From NCBI RefSeq assembly GCF_031769215.1, contig NW_026782019.1:992001-1056000 (forward strand): DNA of 64,000 bases, in the 5' to 3' direction. A program made the position numbers and the translations under genes. Position 1 is the first letter of the stretch, and each line of letters starts with the position of its first letter. This DNA comes from Ylistrum balloti. Its lineage: Eukaryota. Positions 24,932 to 36,959 of the stretch are shown here, in pieces. The notes beneath the pieces were generated by a model. That model saw nothing but the letters and a program-made list of their open reading frames with translations, was not told the origin of the DNA and ran no database searches.

Positions 24932-27900
24932 TTACAAGGGTGTTGTAGAATGAACACTGTGGCAGTGTATCTCGGTAAGACTGTCTCGTTGTGTAGAATT
25001 TCGTGACCTTGTGTTGTTTTCTGTTCCTATGTGGTTTAATTTAACAACATGATTCTGTGTTCCTACATGATTTGATGGCATTTCTTCAGTTTTCCTTTTC
25101 TTTCCTTGACTTCGCGCCTTGTAGAATTTCCTGCCACGGAAGTGACACAGGATTCGGAAGAGTGCTGTGACGATGACTAGTAGGAAAAGTGTGACCAGGA
25201 TAAGGCTGAATAGGAAGGCCTCTAGCTACAAAAGTGTGTGTACAATAACGTTTTAGAGCATTCAAACAAAGAGATAGTCAAGGTCATACAACATCGACAA
25301 GGTCAAATGGTAACATAATAGCAGAAAGTACAGAAAAATGGAAGTACGTCCCATGAAAAAATAAGATGAAAATGATATATTACAGCATTAAGTCGCAGTA
25401 AACTATAAATTATTACAAGTATGACAAGCTGGTATTAAATACTATAAGCTATGGATTGGTGTCAATTTTAGAAAGTTGATCTGACTGAGGACCAATGTTA
25501 TTGGAGTATGGGTACCTGACTGAGGACCAGTGCTGTTGGAGTAGGGGTACCTGACTGAGGACCAGTGCTGTTGGAGTAGGGGTACCTGACTGAGAACCAG
25601 TGCTGTTGGAGTAGGGGAACCTGATTGAGGACCAGTGCTGTTGAATTAGGGTATCTGATTCAGGACCAGTGCTGTTGGAGTAGGGGTACCTGACTGAGGA
25701 CCAGTGTTGTTGGAGTAGGGGTACCTGACTGAGGACCAGTGCTGTTGGAGTAGGGGTACCTGACTGAGGACCAGTGCTGTTGGAGTAGGGGTACCTGACT
25801 GAGGACCAGTATTGTTGGAGTAGGGGTACCTGACAGAGGACCAGTGCTGTTGGAGTAGGGGTACCTGACTGAGGACCAGTGCTGTTGGAGTAGGGGTACC
25901 TGACTGAGGACCAGTGCTGTTGGAGTAGGGGTACCTGACTGAGGACCAGTGCTGTTGGAGTAGGGGTACCTGACTGAGGACCAGTGCTGTTGGAGTAGGG
26001 GTACCTGACAGAGGACCAGTGCTGTTGGAGTAGGGGTACCTGACAGAGGACCAGTGCTGTTGGAGTAGAGGTACCTGATTGAGGACCAGTGTTGCTGGAG
26101 TAGGGGTACCTGACTGAGGACTAGTGCTGTTGGTGTAGGGGTACCTGACTGAGGACTAGTGCTGTTGGAGTAGGAGTACCTGACTGAGGACTAGTGCTGT
26201 TGGAGTAGGGGTACCTGACTGAGGACTAGTGCTGTTGGAGTAGGAGTACCTGACTGAGGACTAGTGCTGTTGGAGTAGGGGTACCTGACTGAGGACTAGT
26301 GCTGTTGGAGTAGGGGTACCTGACTGAGGACTAGTGCTGTTGGAGTAGGAGTACCTGACTGAGGACTAGTGCTGTTGGAGTAGGGGTACCTGACTGAGGA
26401 CTAGTGCTGTTGGAGTAGGAGTACCTGACTGAGGACTAGTGCTGTTGGAGTAGGAGTACCTGACTGAGGACTAGTGCTGTTGGAGTAGGGGTACCTGACT
26501 GAGGACCAGTGCTGTTGGAGTAGGAGTACCTGACTGAGGACTAGTGCTGTTGGATTAGGGGTACCTGACTGAGGACCAGTATTGTTGGAGTAGGGGTACC
26601 TGATTGGGTTTTCGTGTTTATTGTAGAGAGGTGTATTGTTCTGACTAGGGACTTGAAAAACGGTTGCTTACATTAAGGGTTTTGAAGTTGTTCAACCAGC
26701 CTTCAAACATCACTGGTCCCTAGTCAGGTTGACATACCACACCCTAACCTCAGAGAAATCTGATCACGCACATCTTCAACAATCGTCACCAATACTGTTA
26801 ACACTACCCATCCAACATCATAGGTCTCAAGACAGATTAATGTCATTCTTTTATTTTGCAAAACTTAATTAGGACAACCTTCCAATCTCGGTTACCTGAA
26901 TTAAATAAGTCGTATGTTCGGTTAATCAAAATTACGTTCTGTCTCATTAACGACTCGGGATCTAGTAATACAGCCAACTTACCTGGGACGATGATAATCC
27001 CCACTGTTCTTCGGCTGAAAATAAATCAAAATTACGTACAAGGTTTACCCATGGATGTACTTATTCAATGTAATTACTACTTATTGAAGATAAAGGTCTT
27101 GTTTCCTTATTGTCAATGGTTTTAAACTGTACTTATGTAACTATAATGACCGAACTTCAATACAGGAAGATGGTACGGAATTTTAAATGCATTATGCGAA
27201 ACATAATTTCCAAACAGAACTAAAAACGATATACAAAACGTCCACAGTTTATTTCCACTTTGTGTGTCGGTTGACATAAAGCAGTTGTAATTGCATTTGG
27301 AATTTCAACAACACATTCCGTATAAACTTATTGACGCATTTCGCATTTAGCAAATTTTATTTACCGCTAGAGACATGTAACGAAATCAGGTAAACAGGTT
27401 TGATGCATATGGTGCAACACTGTCCGGAAGCTATTTATTGTTCAAGGTAAATAATGTATCGACCTGTCACGGTCATAAGCATACTACAGATGACCTACTA
27501 CATCAAATTTCTGCAAACTTGCAATACCTTTCGACGGAAACGACGGCGATTTGACAACATAATACAAAACAAAAAGTTTTAAAAAGATTGATGTGTGCAT
27601 TAGTGTCGTGACCATGTTTCATAAATCTTTGCGTCAACACATCAAAGGACATTATTAATATGGCATGTTTACCGTAACTTGTAACGCATGTGTTATGCGG
27701 CACATCTATGTCCCGGTTTCTGTCCTCATTTTTTCCCGATGCATTCTTAACACCTAGTAGAGGTAAGAGCTCGAACCAAAGTAATTCCAGTCGGTGGAAT
27801 GGCCAGGAACTGGCATCACCTGTTGCTAGGTTACCGTTTCTGATCGACAGGTAGTTCTTGGACATCGGCGTGTATGGCCTCCACACGATTCGATCGTCAG

Positions 27901-30615
27901 AGAAGGTCGGATAACTGCCAACAACAATTTCAGACCATTCATATTTTTCTTTCTCGATATCCAAAGTTTACATTTTACACAATTATCTGGAAACCTTTGA
28001 AAGTGTAGCTCCATTTCGTCTCTGAAATAACATTTTCTCAATTGCAACCATAATAATAATAATAATCACAGTAGATAAAACACCGCCTACATAATGATGA
28101 AAAAACATGTATTAATAATCCATTTACGAATACATTAGGGTAAGACGATGTCGCCCATCAATCATTGTCATGAATATTTACAGCTTGTATAATTATCATC
28201 TTAACGCCATTTTTCAATGAATACTCGCCCAAATCTGACAACACTTTTCCTTATCTCACTAATTAAAGAAAGTACTGTAAACGTTGTTACAGATGGGTCT
28301 TTTTAAAACAATTTCTCAGGATGACTGTGCTTCCCAGTGAATATTGAAAACCATCGTCCATTTCTTGACTTATGTTAGAAATACAACTGTTTGAAGAAAT
28401 CATGAAAAATTGATGAAGAATGAAGAAAAACAAATCCTTCATAATTTTCAACAATTCAATATTGAAACGTCATCACGGAGACGAAAAACGAGTGAACGTA
28501 ACCCGTACTCCTTAACACTTATTATATCGTTCATTGAAACGTCGTCATGGAGACGGAAAACCCTGTAAACTTTATCCAATAGTCTTCAACACTTACTATA
28601 TCGTACATCGAAACGTCGCCAAGGAGACGAAATACCTATAAACTTCATCACCGTACTTAACAATTATACCGTACATCGAAACGTCACCAAGGAGACGAAA
28701 TCTCTGTAAACTCCACCCCGTACTCCTCAACAATTATAATACCAGGGGCGGATTTAGAGGGGGGCGTGGGGGGCGCACGCCCCCCCTAAAATTGGCAGAG
28801 TAAGGGTGAGTTACGAAGTATACTGGATGGTCTTGGTCGTATGTTATGACTATCACTGTTCTAAACAGCTATAGATGACTTAAGTTGGGCTAATTTTCAA
28901 GTATACAGTAACTTTATTATAGTTGATCACATAACGACAGAAAGAGTTAATTAAGTTAATTATAACGCCCCCCCTAACTTAAATTCCTGTATCCGCCCCT
29001 GAATACCTTACATTGAAACGTCGCCACGGAGACGAAATCTCTGTAAACTCCACCCGTACTCCTCAACAATTATAATACCTTACACTGAAACGCCGCCACG
29101 GAGACGAAAAATAAGTAACCAGCTAACAAGATTGCTGTCTATATTCAATAATAATTCTAATGAGTATTTCACAATACTTACCAATATTTCACGACATTAC
29201 CCACGTACCTATATGTCACAATACTTAACTACTTTCTTATATTTCACAACATTAACCCACTTGCCCATCTTTCACAATACTTACCCATATCTGAGAAACT
29301 CCGCCAAAGCGTGACTGACGGACTGAACATTTGTGCTGCAGTTCGTCAAAACACACAATAAAGTAGTGGCCAAACTCCTGTCTTTGGAATCAGAACGTTC
29401 TGAGCTGATCAACAGGGTCAAGCCCTTCGTGTAATATGAGTTTGTAAAAGAAAGAATACTGGACCAGAGGTAATCGGTTAACAAACCGGAACAGTTTGAT
29501 TGTTCCGAGTAGTAGAAAGCTTTCAGAGTTTTCAGCAATATCTGTTTTGACCTCTCATCTGTTTTTCTTGTTAATATTTCCACTACGTTCCGACTCAGGT
29601 CGTCAAAATCTGCCGCATCACAGTCCATCAGATGGCTGTCTCTTTGGTTAAAAAATGGTATGTCAGTGATGATCAGATCTGCTATGTTCACAGAAGAAAT
29701 ATGTACACCCGAAATAGTCCCATAAGCTATATCTGGGAAATTGTGATCATGCACGGGCCAAAATAAAAGAAGTTCTTGGCGTCGTGCGTAATTCGTTGAC
29801 GAATTCAGAAGGAACGATGCATCAAGCTGCAGTAAGCACTTCTGTAATGGGAGGCCAATCGATCTACAGCGCTGTCGTATGTGATTGGACTCAAAGAATA
29901 TATTTGTTTTATTGGTGTTTCCGAACTCCACGCCACTATTGTACGTTATAACCTTTTCATACAAACCACTAAACTTACTCGAGATGTGTCTTAAAGACGT
30001 AAAATAATCACATATTAACACAACGTTTTTCGGATTTCCATTGAAATGTGCGATGTTCTGTTTCACCCACTGTAACACCGCCACCTGATCCATTAGGCCC
30101 GCGTTACCCGGGTAATGTCCACTCAATGACAGAAACCCGAATATCCCGAGACGGAAGTTAAACGTCACTACAATCACGTGGTTAGAGACAGAAATGGATT
30201 TCCCATCGATCATTCCACCAGAACCTTCCTGAAAGTTACCTGGATGAACAATCACAACTACCGGAAGTTGGTAGTTGTTTGTGGTATTAATATTGTCGGG
30301 TACATAAATATTAAGAAATAAACAGTTTTCGCTCATTTTCAACAACTCAAGCTCGTCACTCTCTATGCTCTGCATACAATTTGGACCAAACGTTGTCGCA
30401 TTGTGTATGTCAGTCCATTTTACAGCAACATCCGGTTTCTGAAATCGCAAATTGCCTAATGGTGCTTTCGCGTACGGCACACCTAAAAATGCCATCACTT
30501 GACCTTGTGACACTGGAAGTTGTACGCCCGACAAAAGTCCCCCGCTAACACGAATGACGGAATTAGAGGTCACGTGATGGATATAAACCATTCCGAGGTA
30601 AAGGAGTTTCCACAT
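24932..30615 (-). CDS. non-catalytic cholinesterase/carboxylesterase-fold type I membrane protein (neuroligin-like adhesion molecule), 632 aa
   Basis: complement join(30615-29285,27914-27673,27014-26983,25225-24932) = 1899 nt, GT-AG, phases 2/1/0 consistent. Signal-like N-terminus MWKLLYLGMVYIHHVTS. Esterase-fold motifs FLGVPYAKAPLGNLRFQKP, SENCLFLNIYVP, VVTFNFRLGIFGFL, GNAGLMDQVAVLQWVKQNIAHFNGNP and WRPYTPMSKNYLSI. The nucleophile GxSxG is replaced by ICDYF. TM helix AFLFSLILVTLFLLVIVTALF is followed by a basic stretch and a tail ending HSTTPL. A specific neuroligin orthology is not established. Confidence 0.88.
25481..26604. repeat. 35-bp minisatellite, about 32 copies (last intron of the neuroligin-like gene)
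   Basis: Unit cctgactgaggac(c/t)agtgctgttggagtagg(g/a)gta. Confidence 0.95.
28463..29110. repeat. ~70-bp degenerate tandem repeat, 6 copies, interrupted by a MITE
   Basis: Units start gaaacgtc(g/a)(t/c)ca(c/a)ggagacg at about 28463, 28535, 28609, 28677, 29013 and 29086. Confidence 0.85.
28743..29001. mobile_element. 259-bp MITE, TIR CAGGGGCGGAT, 5-bp TSD AATAC
   Basis: CAGGGGCGGAT at 28743 and ATCCGCCCCTG ending at 29001. AATAC at 28738-28742 and 29002-29006. A sister repeat unit near 29060-29075 shows the empty site. Confidence 0.9.
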
Positions 30616-32999
30616 AACTAGCAATGCGACAGTCTCAAACAGCTCATGCAACACCTTCCCTCACCTCAGAGGTTTGCATGTCTCCTCTACAAAAATTATA
30701 TCAACGTTCTCACAACTGAACATTAGGAAATATGCTTCACAAACCTCTGACATGAAAATGCGCCGAAATCTTATGGTATGCTTACTATTCCTCCAACCAA
30801 AGTCTTACGGTTGAACGGAAGGCGAACAATCATGGTAATTTGGATCGTGATCGTCAGAGACATCCTAATCTGTCATACCTCACGAGCTGCGTGTACTCGT
30901 GTGAGCATGACGACATAAAACATGGTCGCTTGTCCTGAACCCGTCTGTAAAGAGGAAGAAGGTTTGAACCCTTCAGTAAGCCGAATTAAGTTTTACAAGT
31001 ATCCGGACATGGTTTTTGATACATATTATCCATTGCGTGTAAAGAGCACACCTCAAGCTGTTTAATTCTCTTCTAGTTGGTCATTCCTTTACATAATTGG
31101 TATCTTGTTTCGTAGGTTGATACATGAACAACGTGGTTTTGGAGGCGAGGTGCCTGTAACATAATAGTTTTTCACTCGTGATAGAAAATCAAAACTGTGC
31201 CATTGAACTGTCCTTTACAACTTAAAATATCTGAAGGCATACTTCAGGCATACACACAGAGAAGAAGTCTGCATTGCATTGATGTTCGTATCAATTCGAT
31301 GTCGTCTGTATGATATTGTGACGTCATTTACGCCCGCGACATTGTATTATGTCACATCTCACGAATATATCTGTGACGTCATTCATTCTGTATTAATGAC
31401 AAATTTACGTAGTAGGGATATTTAGCTATTTCATGTAAATTTGTTAAGTTCCTCGTTTGCTGTCGTGGACGATATGGAGCTGATACGAAACCATTTAGCC
31501 ATCCTTGTCGTTTAGTCTGAAACAAAGCAAAAATATTGTAATATCATTGAAAGGTTTAAGTACCCTGCAAAATAAAGTAGCGATAAATTTTATACTGAAG
31601 ATGGATTTGACGTCGATATGGAGACCATGGTAAACTTCGATAAGAAACAAAAGGAATTCTGTACCACATTAGGACGGTCAGAAATACCAACAGACATAAT
31701 TTTCAACGATGATAAGTAGAATGTTCCTGTTTATTTGACGAATAGCATTTTCATTGAAACCAGGGGCCTTTGAACAGAACCCGGTAGAAATTTCTCATTG
31801 CAAAGTCTTGGCTTCATATATAAATGACCGTAGATGGCTCACTGTCTGACGTTTCAGTGATGTCGTTGATGCTGTGAACAATATAGCTCGTTCTAAGCTG
31901 ACAGGACGTCAATGTCAGTAGTTAGTCGAGTAAGGTGACTGCTATCTATAAAGGTCAGGGCGAGGTATAAATTAATAATGATAATGATGAAAACATCACA
32001 CATATATCAGAATTATGTAGATAAGTATAATACACGTCTTATTAATATTCACAACGCCTGCCTGATATCGGTCAAATCAACATTTTCAACAGAAGTGTGA
32101 ATATATGTAAATCATACATCGATAAGTTAATGCTTTATTTGAGCTCGCATCGTTGTAGACAAAAATTAGCAACCTGGATTTATATAAATTGATAAAATTA
32201 CCTAAAACGGGATCATATTAAGGTTGTGTTATCTACCATGAATAGGCGTGTTTTTTAACTCCACTTGAATCAAATTCGTAATTCCTATCTCAGCACGGAA
32301 ACAATACCAATAAACGTGATACATTCTTTAAATAGGTATCCGACATCTTCTTGTCTCTGGTAATGACACATTATCTAAAGGTCGTGTATATAATAAGGTC
32401 ACATGAAGATTAATATCTCTTTTACTATCAGATTCGGCCTGTAATCATGACGGTTGTGGCGACGAGGCGAAACCACAAAAGGAATCCCAATAAAGTGTCT
32501 CTGAAACATATATCTTAACACTACAGATACATGTAAATTCATTGACTTTACAAATGATAGATGTCCCTTTGTAACCGTTGATATTTAGTGTTTACAACCT
32601 TCCAGGCCTGTTTATAACAATATAGAAATCACACTTGATTAAGGCTTGGGGACATTAATTACGTTTTAGAACGGGGTTAGATTAATGTTCCCGGTTATAC
32701 TTATAGCGGACTGAGTAAATCCGTCCATCCGTCTCGCCGTTTCACCATAGTTGCTTGGGTTTCATAGACAAGCAGAAAAAAAATTCCAGCTAGAACCTGA
32801 GCTCGGGGTTCTGGTATCTTTAATCATTATTATTTTTTGTTCATTTTTTTCTGTCAAATATTTTTGTAAGGACCGTCTTCGTAGACGCAGAATTCAATGC
32901 GAAGGTCATAAACTATACTTTTTCCACCTTCAAACATTTGCATGTGACACCCTCTCTTTTACGACTTCGATGTCACGTTCACGATTTAAAGAATATCAG

Positions 33000-34250
33000 C
33001 TTGGTTGTATTTGCTTCCAGATCAATATCCTGTAAAAGAAATTCCTATTATCAGTGACAAACTTTCTACAGAGATGGATGGGAGTACCAAGTAACTTAAG
33101 CAGCATCGGCTTTTATGGAAAAGGTACAAAGTTGAATATTCCGCTGAAATGTCTTACAGAGGATTATAAGGTGACCAAGGTCAGGCAACTTCTCTTACTG
33201 CAGAACAGCAAAGGATGCAAAGGTGAAGGTTGAGACCGTAAGGAATTGGTAATCTGAAACAGGGACATCGTGTGAAGTAAAACAGTCGGCAGGCAAGGAC
33301 TGGGAACATCGACAGGGCAAATGTGGTTTAAGGCAGGAACAGAACAACGGAGAGAGTTGGTGCAGAACGAAGTGAAGGCAATGGAAGAGGAACAGAGTAT
33401 GGTAAAGACGATATGCATGAAGAAACAGGGGTGCTGGCTAAACTGGCAGGGGGTTCGAGAGAGGAATTTCTCATGGGGTAACAACTGGACCATGGAAGAA
33501 CATCACACCAGATTTCTTCTGAGATCTGTGTATGATGTGTTGTCAAACCCAACGAACCTTTGTTGATGGGGTCTTGGTGAAGATCTGAGGTGTGTCTTGT
33601 GCTAGAGAGTAGCGAACATGGAACAGATCTTATCATGCTGTCCAGTGGCTCTGAGGGATTAGCGGTACCGTCTTAACAAAGTGCTTTCCTAACTTGCAGT
33701 AACAATGGAAGTGCGTAGGAAGAAATCAGAAAAGATAACAAAAGGGCCCAAAGTTGTCAATTTCATTCGAGCAGGTGAAATTGGAAAGGGAAAAGGGAAG
33801 AGTCGAGGGAACAGGGATCAAGGCAACAACGGGACACTGGCAGATGAAGGCAGAACTGATCGGTAGAAAGAAATCCCCAGAGGAAATCATCACCACAAAC
33901 CAGACACCAGACGTAGTACTCTGGTCTTCAACATCCAAACAGGTCATTGTGGAACTGACAGTACCACGGAAAGACGTATGAATGAAGCATACTAGAGGAA
34001 GAAGGCAAACCATTAGGATCTGGTGGATTATTGTCAACAGAATGGTTGGAGGGTATGGTCTTTCCATCTGGAGGTTGGTTGTAGAGGATTTGCAGGTTAG
34101 TGTTCGTGGAGGACCATGAGGAATATAGGTGTCATCGAGAAAGACAGGAAGCATTAGATTGGTGCAGTATGCCAGCAAGCAGTCAGCATCAATGTGGAGA
34201 GAGCGGATAGAATCGTGGCATCAAAGAAGGGTTATGTGGCTGTTCAGATT
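33000..34250 (+). mobile_element. decayed non-LTR retrotransposon with restriction-like endonuclease (HERO-like), 3' part
   Basis: Broken frames give RWMGVPSNLSSIGFYG...PLKCLTEDYKVTK, RRELVQNEVKAMEEE, FLLRSVYDVLSNPTNL, a C..C...ILSCC finger remnant, and TPDVVLWSSTSKQVIVELTVP (RLE PD..E motif) followed by CQQNGWRVW...EVGCRGF. These match my recollection of HERO-clade ORFs. Many stops. Confidence 0.85.
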
Positions 34251-35519
34251 CGCCCCATTATATAGACTTTGTGATTTGGAGTAAAGTATGTGACATTTAT
34301 ATAGTGATAACAATATCAATCACATGAAAACTGTGACATCAACACTGGTATATTGTGGAACAGGCTAGACGGTTTTAGGCTAAGATTTAATCACCCTAGG
34401 GGCACATCTGGAGGGTATAGTGGACAGCGCCGAAACAACCCAGGATAGAGAATCCGGGAAGATGGAACCGCCTGGCATCAGTAACATCAACATGTATGAT
34501 GGATTTGTACTTAAAGTAACCGTGCGACTAAGAACGCGTGTTAAAGGTAAAATAATAATCAATGTTTTTTTTTCGTTCTTCCATTTGAAAACACATAATA
34601 TTCCACATGTACTGGAAAATTGTTGGAGATATATCAGTACCTAATGCCTTTTAAGTGATATGATACTTAACTTACAATGGAAGTAAGTTAGGATACAAAA
34701 TCATTATTGTTGAAAACTAAAATGAGAGGTTTATGTTCAGTCCCACAAACTAGTTTCTATAACAGGGGTCATCTGTCATCTCAAATACATATTTATTTAT
34801 AATTCTGTATATGTAATATTCCATTGATTATACGGGAATGAGAAATATGTACTTTACAAGTATCTTAAATCCATATATTCATGTCTTTTTAATGAAATGT
34901 AAACTGTCTATTGTGTCATTCTGAATGAAGATGATTGATACATCTATTCCTGACTGGTGAGTAATGCCCGACTGACTTTAAGTCCAGGACCAAGGTTAAA
35001 TAGTTCAATGTTTCGTTTACACTTCCGTAGTACTAACTTTGATAAGTCGTAAGAGTACAGCAATGTCGGGGACAATATAATGGGCATTATTTTACAGGTT
35101 TGAAAATGCACATCAAAATCACGTGTTGTTTCTTCTTTTGATATTTGAAAGCTTGAACGGTGCATTATAAAAACCCAAATATGACCGTTTTCTGTTTTTT
35201 AGTCTGTCGTGGTTTAAGAGATGGTTCGGTGACTGCATAATGCAGAATTTACAAAGTAAAGGCGTTACATCTGACGACCGTGTCTACAGAACACAATCTA
35301 TTACCAGGTATGTAATAGATTGTTCAGACGCTCGTTTTATTATCAATCTAAGCATATAATATGGAGTTGTTTACTCCGCAATGATGGAGTGTCGGACACA
35401 CATGGCTAATGATGTGTAAACAAGTAAACTAACAATGATATCCTATCCTGTGTTTATAGATTTCGTGATGTTGTCAATGATAACACTTATTTTAGGTATC
35501 GTGGCATTTTAAAGGATGG

Positions 35520-35890
35520 TCACGTGTCTATAAGTATATAATCGTGGTATTGTAAATGATAATCACGTGTCTGTAAGTATATAATCGTGATATTGTAAAT
35601 GATAATCACGTGTCTATAAGTGTATAATCGTGGTATTGTAAATGATAATCACGTGTCTGTAAGTATATAATCGTGGTATTGTAAATGATAATCACGTGTC
35701 TATAAGTGTAAAATCGTGGTATTGTAAAGGATAATCACGTGTCTATAAGTGTATAATCGTGGTATTGTAAATGATAATCACGTGTCTATAAGTATATAAT
35801 CGTGGTATTGTAAGTGATAATCACGTGTCTATAAGTATATAATCGTGATCACGTGTCTATAAGTGTAAAATCGTGGTATTGTAAAGGATA
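35520..35890. repeat. 43-bp minisatellite, about 9 copies, with degenerate continuation to about 36130
   Basis: Unit gataatcacgtgtctataagtatataatcgtggtattgtaaat. Confidence 0.9.
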
Positions 35891-36569
35891 AACACCTGTC
35901 ATGATAAACACGTGTTTGAGCTTGTCATGGTGTAGTCAATGATAAACACGTGTTAAAAAGTGCATGTATATTATCGTAGTAGAGTAAATGATAAAAAAAA
36001 ACGTATTCATAAGCATATTGTGGTATAGTAAATGACAAAAACATATGTATGATAAACACATGTTTGAGCGTATGTGGTGTGGTCACTGATGAACACGAGT
36101 TTATACGTATCGTTGTGCGGTCACTGATGACCCTTGCTATAAGTAAGATTTCTGGCCATACCTTAAAAGAGAACAAAAACATCGTCTAGTTTGATCTCTG
36201 TACCTTGGTCAAGAATCTTATCGTAAAACAAACAGACACTTTATGATGATATCAAGTCGAACTACAGCAGGGCAACACCGATTCATAATTATATTTACCA
36301 ACGAATTTTCATAATAACCGAAATTAAACGAACCCGTGAATATAAAACGAAGAAAAATATAAATATTCATGTCGTCCCAGACATTCTGTCGTTTATATCT
36401 AATTTTGTTTCATATAGATCGTATTTCAGATTTAGGAGACATTTATGATTTTAGAATAGATTATAAGTTGTAAATTGAAAAGCTAAGGTGTGATGTAACG
36501 ATACACAGAGTAGTGTATTAGTGAGAAACCTCTCTTATCATTAGTGAAGTATATGTAGGATATAATCAT

Positions 36570-36900
36570 TTAATGTTATGTGTGTATGATATGTTATATA
36601 AATTTTATGTATATGTTATATAAAGTGTATGTATATGGTATATAAATTTTATGTATATGTTATATAAAGTGTATGTATATGGTGTATACATTGTATGTAT
36701 ATATTATATAAAGTGTATGTATGAAATGTTATAAAGGTTATATGTTATAAAGTATATGTTTGCTGTTATATAAAGTGTATTTATATAAAGTATGTGTTAT
36801 GTTATAAAGTGTATGATATGTTATACATATATATATATAAAGTACATGCATAATAAGTTATATATGAAGTACTAGAGGCATTTAGAGGCATTAATATATA
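36570..36900. repeat. AT-rich low-complexity (tata/tatg) tract
   Basis: Direct reading. Confidence 0.8.
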
Positions 36901-36959
36901 AAATGGGGTTCAAGACTCCGTGGTGAGTAGCTGTCATCCAAGAGATGGACAAATCAGAA

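Noticed and set aside
25481-26604. CRISPR-like appearance of 33-46-bp arrays here and elsewhere
   Set aside because: Units are head-to-tail with no unique spacers, there are no cas genes, and the context is eukaryotic.
26641-26727. Imperfect hairpin ctgactagggac...gtccctagtcag as a miRNA precursor
   Set aside because: Only 12 bp of terminal stem are perfect and the interior pairs poorly. More likely a MITE remnant.
27503-27964. 153-aa minus ORF as an independent gene
   Set aside because: Its middle (27914-27673) is exon 2 of the neuroligin-like gene. The flanks are intron read-through.
34380-34500. Possible hammerhead ribozyme after the HERO-like element (ccgaaac motif)
   Set aside because: No CUGANGA core or closing stems found. 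The other ctgatga hits I checked in the window also lack a matching GAAA and stems.
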